This document shows, one piece after another, positions 1 to 12,500 of a DNA stretch of 64,000 nucleotides. This DNA comes from Lytechinus pictus (taxonomy: Eukaryota), in the NCBI RefSeq assembly GCF_037042905.1, contig NC_087245.1, positions 4,714,001 through 4,778,000 of the forward strand, read 5' to 3'. Position 1 is the first letter of the stretch. Each line of letters opens with the position of its first letter. The translations under genes were made by a program, and so were the position numbers. The notes under the pieces are model-generated. The model did not search any database and was not told the DNA's origin. It saw nothing but the letters and a program-made list of their open reading frames with translations.

Positions 1-2463
1 TACAGGGTTAGTGTGAGCAAAATAGTAGACGGAGACGGCGTGTGGGCCGGTGTCAGCTTCAAAGTACCGCCAGATTTACACATCAAACGCCTTGATTCAA
101 CAAACCACTCTCCACTAAACTTTTGTTCCCTTTGTGCCACCAATGAAAAGAACGATAGAGAGATATACACCTATAACACGAACCGCCAATCTCAGATTTA
201 TTCACGGGTAGCCATTCAAACACAAACATGCACACAAATAACTATTCTTTAAGTTTTAATCTTACATTTCCCCGCCGCCATTTAAGCTTTTTTTTTCCTT
301 CCTTTTCTTTAATTAAAAAAAAAACCCTTTTGGATGCTGACATCGGAATATGATGACAAAACTGTGTTTGTATTCATGTAGGCATATTTACACTACAATT
401 TTTAATCAGAAGAAAAATATAAATAAGTCAGCATCTTAAATTATTAAAATCATTTACAATCTGATACTCACTTATTAATAATAGGCCTCTTATGATGATG
501 ATGGTGATTATATAAATCTTATGCGTGCGCAAAAAACACGGACCTTACTGTGTATATACACTCCAGGAAAATCGCACTTCATTTGCTTTCTTCACTAGAT
601 TCCTTAAAAAAAAAGATGAACATGAGGAAGGGTAAACATGCACACGAATAATAATTATCTCTCCCGACCATTGTGCAGAATGAAGGCGAATATTACTGCG
701 GTTTGAACCGAAGCAGTATATGAATTACATACAAGTTGAACCCGATGAAATATCTTTATTATCTTACTCACACCGAGACTTGCTTTCATGAAGTCGACTA
801 ATAGTAAATCGCACCCTTAAACATTAGTTTTTATATAATACTTATATTTCTATGTGAATATTATCAGAAAAATAAATGCAGTGGCAAGTAGAATAACCTT
901 GTCTTGGATACCCCCTATGCTACTGTACTATTATTATTCTTTTTCTTGGGGGGGGGGGGGGGTTATACAACAAACCGGCATATAAACTGTTTGAAATATC
1001 AGTGTTCAACGATACATAATATAATTTGGCACAATGCCTCAAGCGTCCCACAGAAATGATAATCATTGGTGCCACAAAATAGGCCTATGATATATCCTTT
1101 GACAGTGGTTTTCGTTTTCTATCAAGAAACGGTAGCATATCTTTAAAAAAATCACTAGGACCCTATACAGGAATGTCATGACTAAAACTAAACCCCAATG
1201 CTATTGAATGAAACAAATTGTATATTAAATTTACATTGATATATTGTTTGCTAATTCTTCCCCTTTTAATTCATTAATGTCTTCATTATATATTGGCGAA
1301 GTGGATTTGCTGCTTGCGCTTCCCGCTTAAAACAAATTTATTCGCATAGCAGCGGCTCAACAAAGACGGAAAACCAAAGATATACCTCGCCGTATTGTCG
1401 GGGATACCAACAGAGACCACCGCTGTACGGCGCTACTTATTTGGAGGCGGTTGAAAACAGAAGGAACATCTCAACATTGTGCATGATAAGCCCCCTTCTT
1501 AAGCCGCACGATATTTGCCTTTTTTAATTAGATTTTAGAAAGCGTTTAATCCACCAGTTGAGTAAACATATCGCTTTTTATTATCAAGATTCATTACCAC
1601 TGATAGCCACACTTGATATATAATAGGCCTAAGTCTTTTGGTAAAGCTTCAAGAAGATTTGACATTCAGCCTGGAAAGTCAAAGTGAATCGAAATATTAT
1701 CTGATTATAAGTATTAATGGTGTACTGCTATTGTTAAGAGTCTGAAATTTGGTTTCCAGAGATTGCAGAGCAATTAACAAGACACAAAGATTTATCAAAC
1801 ATGTTTTTAAAAACTAAACTACTATCTTTATGTTATGTCCGCATTGGTTTATTTTTCTTAATAGAGTAACTAAATACTGAAATGAGAACGAAATCTCAAA
1901 ACCTTGAGATTAAAATATGTATCACCTGATTGTCACAGTAATGATAAAACAACCCAATTTGGGACTTTTATAGCATTTGACATGTTTGATTTTCACAGCT
2001 TTTTTCTTTCGGGTAGTCGTAACATTTTCTTAAATTCGATATGTTTCGAATGATAACATGAAAATTAATAAAGCAAAACATATTTTGAAAAAACATTAAA
2101 AGCTCTATTTTATTATCTTATACAGGATGAATGTCTCGTTAAATACCACAAGCGCTCATAATCAGCGTGAGCTGAAACTTGTACTCAGAAAGGATATTAG
2201 ACCTATTGCAAGTATGAAAACGATATCTCATCATAAATGATGCAGACGTGGAGTGCAAGCTAAAAGCGAGCTGAAACTTTTTGTTATTATAAACGTATAT
2301 ACGCAAGAATATGAAAAAAAACCTTTTTGTTCGAATTTATGAACAGGATTATATTAATTATAAAAAAAATCAATAGCGAAGACCGAGCTAAAAGACCTGA
2401 TAATGGGGCCTTTTATGCATTTTTTTATATAAATAATGAACATTATGCATAATTATTATCATA

Positions 2464-2668
2464 CACAGTAAGAACGCTGTTTAAGATTTTATACAACACT
2501 GTTTACAGTATTTGTTTAACCGTTTAAACAATCATGTTTAATCTATTGAAGATTAGAAATTGAAAATTAAACTTTGTTGCTTAAGATTTAAACACTTGTT
2601 TAAACTGATTAAACAATTACTGTACGGTTCATATAGTAAACAGCGTTGTATAATTTTTGTTTACTGTG
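2464..2668. mobile_element. Palindromic MITE (CACAGTAA...TTACTGTG), TA-flanked
   Basis: Terminal inverted repeats, internal inverted similarity (acgctgttt/aaacagcgt) and TA on both sides. Confidence 0.65.
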
Positions 2669-4102
2669 TACAACTATAGCTCTAAACGTGCGATTCGATA
2701 TCTTTACTATATTCATTTCTATATTGACTAGAAAAAATCAAGCGCCATGTAATCCTTATGCATCTCATTTAAACGGGCAGTGCGAGCTCCAGGGGATAAT
2801 TGCCGTTTTGATATAGGCCTATGGTAATCTGATGGTTTGCAATTTACAGATCTTCCCATTCCTCTCATTTTCTTAACTATCTTTCCTCCTTTTATTTGTC
2901 TTCCTCTTCTATTTTTATCCCTTTCTTCTTAATTCACGTCCTCGTCTCCCGCCACCCTTTTTGCCTCGCCCATGATATAATAGTATATAAATACCAATGA
3001 TTATCGAGCACGCTCCGGCTTCATCAGGATCCGCCAGTCTTTTCATTTCTCTTCTTGATCTATTTATTTGGTATAGTAGGAAGCTCCTAGATTCATAATT
3101 TTGTCTCTCTTTCGACCTAATTTTTCTTTTCATTGTCCTCTTAATTCTTTCTTTCTTCCCGTTCTCTTCTTTTCTTTCTCCATTTCCATTACTTTCAATG
3201 CCATATATATATAATAAAGTTATTTTCCCCTTCACTATTTTTTTCTTTATCATGAGGAAGGGGGTGCAAAGTCGTTTCGGCATGGCTTCTTATTGCCCCC
3301 TTTTATTCTTATTTTCATTCTCTTTTCCTTTCTTTTTATCTTAGTTTTCGTTATCATTAGTATTCTTTTTCATTGTACAAACCTTTTTATTTACGTTTTG
3401 AATTTCATTGATCAAAGATATACTTTAATTAACTATTTATTGCAGGGAACCCATAATAACAAGCTTTGCTTTCCCTTTTTTCATTTATATCATCATGTTT
3501 TTGTGTTTTACCTTACATTGTAACTTTTGTTGAATTTTTTAATGAAAAAAGAATAAATGCAATTAATCTTTTTATTCCTTCATTTTTCCTTTTCTCTGTT
3601 TTTTTTTTTTGGGGGGGGGGAGGGGTGGGGGCAGGGGATTCGTACCTGCAAATACATGTTATTCAAGTGTCAAAGAAACTAGAGGCCATCGCACACTAAT
3701 TTACGATTTGTCTGCGACCCGATTTTGGAATAAAACTTAGTAGAATTTGATGCTACTATTGAGACATGGAATATCTTACCGTGTAATGTTAATTCTCAAT
3801 CATCGTACGAATATTATGTTCAAATCTGTGACTTTCAAATCTGTGACTATGCCATCATCCTTATTGGAATAAAAGCGAATTTAATATCTAGTCGTAATTA
3901 CGTCATACAATCGTACTCCAAAAATAAAGGCTTGCAATCATCCACAATTATTGTTATATTTATTTTATAGTTTTCTTTCAGATGATTTGAGCCTCAAAAA
4001 AAAAAAAAAATCATATTTCCATAAAATGAGCAAAATGCGATTTGTTCCGAAATCGGATCGTGGACCAGTCGTAAGGTGCCCTTGAGAGAATGTGAAATGC
4101 TA

Positions 4103-4327
4103 CAGGCCAAAAGTATGGTAATACCTAGTTCCCACTTTCACGATTCGCGCGATTAAAACTATATGCTCTTATCGTGGCGTAATCGTAGTGATCGTGTCAG
4201 GTCATATCAGATCGTATATCAGATCAGTCGTGGCAATCGTATTGATCGTAGACAAATTTTCGCGATTAGTTACGAAAGGCCAATCGTCGCGTTAGCGATG
4301 GATCGCACGACAGGGGGAACGAGGCAT
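4103..4327. mobile_element. Small MITE with gatcgt-rich interior
   Basis: Imperfect TIRs atacctagttccc / gggaacgaggcat; repeated gatcgt motifs. Confidence 0.5.
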
Positions 4328-6545
4328 AAAAAATGTTTTTGTTTTTGCTTCTTGAATAACTTTTATGTATCGACCCAGCACAGACTCACTACCTACGGTC
4401 ATTTGGTCAATGATGTAATGAGCAAAATAAATATATTAACAAATAAATAAATGAGGGGAGCAGAAATTGCGTTTAGGATAATTCATTTTTTTTACATCTT
4501 TGATACCCCTCTGATTAAGTGAAACATTTCGACATAATTCAGAAAACGATATTTGACCCTTTTCCTTCCGTTTCTTTTCTTCTTGTTTTTTTTTTTTTTG
4601 TTTTTTTTTTTTGGGGGGGGTGGTCCCATTTTTATGGCAGTGCTTACGATCGAAACTACTCATTTTCTCCTTTGTTTTGACCCCCCCCCCCCGCCAAAAA
4701 AGGGAAACTAAATAATCATATCGAAACTCGAAGACAAGCAATCAAAAGATGGCGACATTTATATCAACGTCTTTGTCATTAATGACTAACTGATGTAACT
4801 TTATTCCTCGAACCCGTGTCTTTTATCTTACCCCCTCTTGTCTCTATCTTTCGCTCCCCCCTTCGGCATTTGCCATCAAATCCCACTTTTTTAAAGTTTT
4901 GTGCTCCTCTCCCGTCCTCTCATTCACTTTGTGGTCTATACCCCCTCCCTCTTTCTCTATTCCTTTTTTTTGTAGCATTTTTTTTTCAGTGAACCAGAAT
5001 TAATACATCTGTAACACTTAATATTTCCCCTTCCCGGAAAATAATATTATATCCAATCGATACAAATATGCATAAATAAACAGATGAAATTAAAGATAGA
5101 AAATAACTAATACATATAATTGAAAAGGTGATTATTATAAGTCAGTGTGATCATGACAGAAGATATGATTACTATTCTATAATTTGGCAAATCAAAGAGT
5201 GTACAAAAGAAAACATCAGGAACAAAGTCTTACAAAATACACAGAACAAAAATGATTTTCGAAAAACTGAGGTAAAAAAGAAAAGATGGGGACTAGATAA
5301 GGTAATATCGATTAAAAGCCCACAACATTCAGGACTCTGGATCATTAAAAAAAAAAATCATATTCCCTATTCTATTCCAATCATAGTCAATTGTGTTCCC
5401 ATCCTTCTTTATTTTTATAAACGAGGATTTGACGATTTAAAAACTCCATGCTTATTTTCCAAAGCTTTTAAAAGACTAACTAAAATTTAAACTATCTGAA
5501 CTAAAGGGGAAGAAAATTGGCACTTTATTAAGATCTTCCTATTCCATGTTGATAGCCATACAGATTCTAGTAAGTGATGGCATAAAACAACAATAGGAAA
5601 CAATCATGTAACCTATACAAAATACCATGTCCATTATTATCAAAAAAATTTAGATATGTTTTTTTTATATTATATAATCCAGGATTGATTTTGATAATAA
5701 TAATAATAATAATAATCCGCATTTATATAGCGCTTAATACATCGGAACGATGTCTCTAAGCGCTGTGATAAAGAGGATAGTGTTGTGCTTTGTATTCTTT
5801 ACAGAATATGTTTTAATCAGAGCCAAAGAGCATTAAATATATTATAAGATCAAGGATGTCAAACCATTATATTCTCAAATTAACATTCTTCTGGCAGGAT
5901 CACTAAGTTCTACAATCAGTAATCTAGATGCCAAGATGCCATGTTTGGGATAACTTAGATCATCGATCAGATATAGCCTGTACAAATGCATGTAATATAT
6001 ATTACCTCTATCCAAGAAGCTTCGTCAAATGAAAGAAAAGATTATAAATGGTGGAAAAAACTTGAAGCTTACCAACTTGATAATACTTAATATACTATTA
6101 ATAATGATAATAATGACAATAATAAAGAAGTGCACAAGGACCCCATTGGAAAGAAACCATTTTGACTTAATTTCATTGGCTATCCTGTTAATATATTTTG
6201 ATACAATTCGTCTTATACTTGTCTTATTCCTAGTGAATAAACTCAATCAATCAATAAACCAAAATCTCTCAATTCGCTTACAAAGCCAGACAATTACATT
6301 TTATTTATTCAATTTAAATAAAACATTTGCAAGTATTATATTAATAAACCTAAAGTGATTCAACATAAAAATATAACATTGAAAAATAAATGAATTAAAG
6401 AGAGGTATCAAATGTGTGTCATTAACATAATAATAATATCAATATGATTCAGAAATGGTAAATGGTTACACAATTGTTACATAATTATTATATAATTTTT
6501 ATTTGAGAAAAGTCAGAGGTCATTGATTATGATATTAGTAGATTT

Positions 6546-9500
6546 CTACTCATCATCATCACGAGCAATTGAGTCCAGTTGTTTCTCTACAGCTTCAACT
6601 AAGGATGGAAAAGAACTCTCGAGGATGAATATGCGAATGAGTTTATCTAGATCTTTGCCGCATTCCATGTTGGCTGCTGATGCAGTGTAAGCAATTGGTA
6701 ACTCCACATCATTCCTTTCACCTTTCAAAACCTTCATGAAATAAAGGTTAAGCACAGTGTTTATAAAGTTTCGAGTGAAAGCTATATTAAGCATGCTATT
6801 CTTCTATATATTATTCACCAAATTTTATTTGTTCATACTTCAAGCACCCGCTTGACAGGACAAAATAATCTTTATTGACTACAGTTATTAAGTTAACTTT
6901 ATTTGAACCAAGCAGTCCAGTGGGTGCATAACCTATACTCTATTATATTCATTCTTGTGTTGTATGGTACCAATTATACTTTTCTTTGGCAAAATAAAGA
7001 ATAATAAATAACAAATTTTCCTTCAATAGGCTTCATGTGTATTAATAGCATTTTCCCTTATGGAATGTCTATTGAGCTGCTAGGCCTCAGCCCCAAAAGT
7101 ATCGCATATTTTGGCATTTACTGGAGGACACCGTTTCAAGATTTCCATCCATTCTACTATTCATACTATAATATAATCATTTTGAATTAATTCAATCTCT
7201 TTGTATCTGTAATGATTTCTAGAATTGCCAACAAGATTAAATTCCAAGATATGGTACCGTACCTGAGAGACATCCTGCGCCAATACTTCACCTTCCAACA
7301 CATTTTTCTTGAGAATCTAGGTAAGCAACAATACAAGAGAGAAATTTTACTTTAAACTAGAGTGGTGAAAAGAAAAGAAAATATAGAGAAAAGAGCAAGA
7401 GCTTGGGAGAGAGAAAAAAGAGAGAAGGGGATGATATACACATTATATGTAGGCTACTTACACCGATAGATGGACAGAAAGATAAAAGAGGCAGAGAGAG
7501 AGAGAGAGAGGGGGGAGAGGGGAATAGGGAGAGGGAAGGTGAAATTATTCATTCCAGGTAATGTTCAGAGATATCAAACGGAAAAGTAAGTTGATATTGA
7601 AAGATGTAGACATCAGTAATGAAAACCCCTTTCATAAGAAAACTACAATAAGAAGCTCCCATAAAAGGAGGCAATTTATATGAGAATTATCCAATGTAGT
7701 GAGAAAAAAATTCAAAGTGAATATGCTGTTGAATATTAAAAAAAATTGCAATGCATCTTCAACAGCACTAAAATAATTCCATGAACCAATTCTGGATTTA
7801 ATGCCTGTGTTTTCATTTATACTTTTACTGTTACCAATAATATTTATAAACTTGATAATCTATACATTTGTTATCATTTTTTATCATTGTGTCTTACCGG
7901 GACAGGAGACTTTGGTTTTTCCACTGGTTCAAATGGTCTTACAGGAAAAAAGTAGGAGAGTTTGGCTGCACACTCTTCACAGGTTGCCACAGCACTAGGG
8001 TGAGGTCTTCTGGCAAAGCGCACTCTAAATTTTCTAGCTTCATTCTGTTACAGTAAAAGATAGATCATTTGAGTAATTATCCTTAACCTTGTTTAAAGTT
8101 TTGAAGAAATTAACTTGTGAATAAGAATTTACCCAAAAGGACCATTTATCAAAATTTTACAGAAGTAAATACTTGTGTTTTTTATTCTACTTTCTTTATG
8201 ATTAAACAGAGTGGATTTATTAACACTTTTTCCAGTAGGATTCAAATTTAAGAACTGAAACTCATCTAAAAACAGGATGGGTAAAACTTCTCACCTTAAC
8301 TTTGATGACAAACAATAAACTATCTCCTCTCACAAATCCTCGCATTGTACTCCTCATATCACGTAGAAAGTAATTCTCCTGTATGGAAACAAAATAAACT
8401 ATTGTAATATAATATCTCAAAAACTAAAATCATAATTCCACAGAAACTACTTTTAAAAGTCTAAATATAATACTAAATATCTCAACATTTTATTATCCTC
8501 CAGGTTAATGAGTACTCTGAAAAATTTCTCTGAGCAAATTCTAAACTTTCAAACAAGATGAAATTTGTTGTTTTATGTTCAACTTTGAGGCAGATTGAAT
8601 ACCACAGTGATTCATTCATATACTGTAGAAATCATAACGTATGAGTATTTATAATGTAAAAATATGTTGAGATCATATTATTTCTTTAATCATAAAGAAA
8701 GTAGAATGAAAATTGTACAATAATAATAACAATAATAATAATGATAATAATAACAATAATGCTGGTATTTATATAGCACTCTTATTCACCTTGCTAGGTG
8801 CTCAAGGTAAGTTAAGCATAATCAATAGGTGGGAAAAGTGGAGCATTTAGGTAATACAAGAATTTGAGAGTATTGAAATAATAGTAGAAAGGTGATACAA
8901 TTATTATAGAGTAGAATTTTCAAGGATATAGATCTAGACCCCTAACAAAAATTACAATATATACATATATCTCCATATTTACAGAATGAGATGTTAATAA
9001 TAGGTTTATGACACACTAAAAGTATTTGCATTTATGGGAACTATTCTGTGTGTGATGTGCAAGTATATATTTATAGATGTTTAATAGTAAATTGAATAGA
9101 ATTACAAGGGAGACTGTTGCTCCATTTTGGGGGTAAATTGCCAATTAAGTCTATTGCCAACTTGTCCACTCATCAAATGCTCTACCTTCATTTAGTCTAA
9201 TGCCATTCTGTCCATCAACATTTCATCTAAAAGCCATTTGGTCCAATAATCACTTTGTCTTATCACCAGTTCAACTTTGACCACTTCGTCTCATAACCAG
9301 TTGGTCTAATACACATGCTTTTTTCATTAATTATGCCCAAGTCCAATTACACAAAATGGTATAAAGACTACATGGTTATTTGACCAACTGTTTATTAGAC
9401 AAGATAGTGAGTGGATGAAATGGCAATTAGACCCTGAAGACAGTGGATGAACTGATGGCAGACCAATTGATAGCAGACGAGTTGGTAATTGGATGGATTG

Positions 9501-10982
9501 GCATTAATCAATTGAAAAAGAAAATTGGTCTCCCTTTTCTCGTTACCTTTAAAAAGAATATTTGTCAGATAGGGTTACAAAGTTTCTACTTACTAAGATC
9601 ACATCATCATTTGTGAGAAGTAAATGGTCTATGCTGATACATAGTTTTAAGCCTTCTTTGGGACCTGGAGCTACGTACTGCAAAAGAGACAGATAATTTA
9701 CATGTAATAGAGGATCATGGCAGGAGACTTCCATCAAAATCTGGATGGCCAAGAACCCTGTAAATACCTACCGGTAATTTATTTGCACTGTAATGTTGAT
9801 AAGAACATGAAAAAGGCTAAACATTTTGTTAGTTAATGCAAGTTTATATAGTATTAAGAAGAATTAACTCTTGAAAGTAGTCTTCTGCACCAAATACTTC
9901 AGTCTGTGTCGTAAATTGGATTTGTGGTACAAAAACAAATTACTGATCTCTTTCTTCTCATTTAAGAATTGAAAAATGTACATTTAGTCGCATGTAGCAC
10001 AAACAAAATGTACATTTTTGCACACACTGTGAGGGACCAATACCCTATAGGCTTCATATATTTCCTTTAGTAAAATCAAGGTTAATTTTACTTGATCCTC
10101 ATTTTGTTACAAGATTGCACCAAATCGAAGGTGATGTTAATTACTGTTTTATGATTGTTTTCAAAACTTCAATCATTCATAGACCTTTATATTTTGGAAA
10201 AAATGTAATAATGCAGACTTAGTGGAACTGGAAGAATGGCTTCGATCCATGATGATGGATAAAGTAAGATGTACTCATCCAGTGGAACAAAACAGAGACT
10301 GAAGCTTTCACTTTCAGTCTTGACTTTGTTAGGGGAGGCTTGTCTTTGTTAAACAAATAAAAATGCAAACATAAGTTTGGACTAGATTGTAACAATTCCA
10401 AGGTAACAATTTACGTATCGACAATGCATTGGACTTACATTTGTGAACCTACATGACCTATTCATCCTTATCAATATCATCATAAGATGTGAACTTATCA
10501 TCAGCATTATAGCTACACAGTGTTCGGCCCACGCCGGGCATGCCACTGCTTCCGTCTATCACTAATTTCGAATGAAAAGTGTTTCAAAACCAACTCCTTG
10601 CAAAAAGGAACTGCACTTGGGTTCTTTTCCATCTTTAATATTGTTTTATTTGCATAATTTACAACCTCCACTTGCTCAATCCCCGCGCTTGTCTGTCTGT
10701 CTTTCTGCCCAATGCCAGGCCAGGGCCAGCGGGCAGCCAGCATTGCAGCGCTGACGATCGGCTCGAGCCGGTCGTCTTGCTTAGCATCAGACACAGGTGT
10801 GGCTGCTGGCTTGAGTTGAGTCGACAGCGGTCTCCAAAATAAAGTATCTCGTCTACCGGTATATTTAATAATGAATTTACCTTCCATTTCTGTTCATTCC
10901 TTGAAACTGATGTCACGCTGGCTTTTGAATCTTCTAACGCCAGAAATCTAGCATAACGTAATATTTCCCAAGTCACCGACAT
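6546..10982 (-). CDS. REC114: Meiotic recombination protein REC114 (6 coding exons, 218 aa)
   Basis: Exons on minus: 10881-10982 MSVTWEILRYARFLALEDSKASVTSVSRNEQKWK; 9594-9677 YVAPGPKEGLKLCISIDHLLLTNDDVIL; 8295-8378 ENYFLRDMRSTMRGFVRGDSLLFVIKVK; 7898-8044 NEARKFRVRFARRPHPSAVATCEECAAKLSYFFPVRPFEPVEKPKSPVP; 7263-7316 ILKKNVLEGEVLAQDVSQ; 6546-6731 VLKGERNDVELPIAYTASAANMECGKDLDKLIRIFILESSFPSLVEAVEKQLDSIARDDDE*. All introns are GT-AG and phase 0. Motifs W-x-[IL]-x-RY-x-RF, WK, R-x-D-x-LLF, R-x-FRV-x-F, C-x-x-C-x-x-KL and the C-terminal FP-x-[LF]VE-x-VEK-x-L helix match the REC114 family as recalled; no search was run. Confidence 0.9.
9130..9510. repeat. Degenerate foldback-type MITE of short tandem units (REC114 intron 2); related decayed copy at ~11310-11670
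   Basis: Left half has repeats like ttggtcta/tgccaact; right half has the complementary tagacc/gttggta. Confidence 0.45.
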
Positions 10983-12129
10983 TTCGTTTACAATTTGGTC
11001 TATGGACCGCTATGGACGTGTGTGTGGTGGTGGTGGTGGGGGGGGGGGGGGGGGGGGGGTCACTTCCCCCAATTCCAATGAAGAGTGGTCATCTGCAAGA
11101 ATTGTCCTGTAAAAAGCACCCTGAACAAGGATGAAGGACGGGCCACTAGGGCACCACAAATACACATTTTCCATCAATAGTTGGTCCCTCGGTTGGTGCA
11201 AATTGCATACATATACTCTGAATACTAGGCCTATGGTTTTTTAAATTTTATTTAGGGAGCTTATTTGACACTATTTTTGTTCAGAGCCTACCCCAGAAAA
11301 ACTTATTCCATTTTTTTTCTGGCTGATGCTGTCCACTCTTCAATGAAAGCGATTTCCCCATCTCCACTTTGACTGATATCAACTAAAGAATAATTCTTGT
11401 TTAGTCTGATGCCCAGATGGTCTTATTTCCACTTGTCTATTTAACCTTTTAACACTTTGTTAAAGGACAATTTGATTAATAATTAATCATATCACATAGA
11501 CTTAAGTGATACGAGACAAAACGTTATGAAATGGACATAGTCTGGATATTAGACATTGGTAAATATGCTAAATGATAAATTTGTTAAATAGCAATTAGAA
11601 TCGATAGTAGATTAATTAGGATTAGCCCATGTGGGAAGACCAAACAGATAGGAGACCAAATGGAAATTCACCATGGTAAATAACTTTCAATTAATTACTC
11701 CATAGATTTTGCACAACAGCATAGGAAATACATGAGGGCAATTTCGCCCCCATGACAGCCCAAATCGTCCCTAAAATTCCTTACAAAAATGCATGCTTGG
11801 GGCAAATATTCTATCTACCTAAGATCAGTCACAAATAATGTTCAAGATTACTTGGAGAATCTATATTCTAACTATGGCAGAATAATTAAATTTGCTTTTA
11901 CTGCATAATTGCTTATTTCCCCTAAAAAGTTACCCATAAAATGGAAGAACTAGCAAAAAAAATCTGCAATCGCCCAAATGTGGAAAAAAAGGATAGCCCT
12001 AAATTATAACTATTATTTCATCCCCTGTTGCACAAGGATATTAAAAGACAACATAAATTATGGTTATTTGTTTAAATACATGTACCTTTATTCTAATTTA
12101 TCTATAAACATATATCAGTACATGTAAGT

Positions 12130-12500
12130 AATAATAATACTTGGTTCATTTATAGCGCATCACACATAGCAGATTGCATGTCCATACACGCTAAAAGTAT
12201 ATTAAAAGTATAAATTAAGAAAAAATTGCTAGGAGACATGAAACGGACATGTACATACAATTCATTATTGGACACTGAGTTTACTGGAAAAAATTATTTA
12301 AGTGTTGAAATGAATAAGTATATCTTAAAAGAGAAACTTTGAACTTATCTAAGTTACTTTGGTATCTCATGGAATCAGGAAGTGCATTCCACAAAGTAGC
12401 AGAGGCGTGTGAAAAAGAATGTTCACCGTATGACTTAGTTGAGATGAAAGGCACAATGAACAATGCTTTTGAGCTTGATCTGAAAGTATGGGAAGGACGG
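12130..12500 (-). mobile_element. L2/CR1-clade LINE 3' fragment
   Basis: Translation YGEHSFSHASATLWNALPDSMR...FK resembles an L2 ORF2 C-terminus; an (aat)n-like tail with tttatagcgc lies at about 12130-12160. Confidence 0.7.

Noticed and set aside
1..260. 79-aa ORF or promoter-like segment with CCAAT motifs at the window start
   Set aside because: No recognisable protein. It may be the 5' region of a gene outside the window, but this cannot be supported.
10513..10887. 124-aa ORF and the 107-aa read-through of REC114 exon 1
   Set aside because: They lie in the GC-richer start of REC114 intron 1; the donor after ...KWK explains the conserved part.
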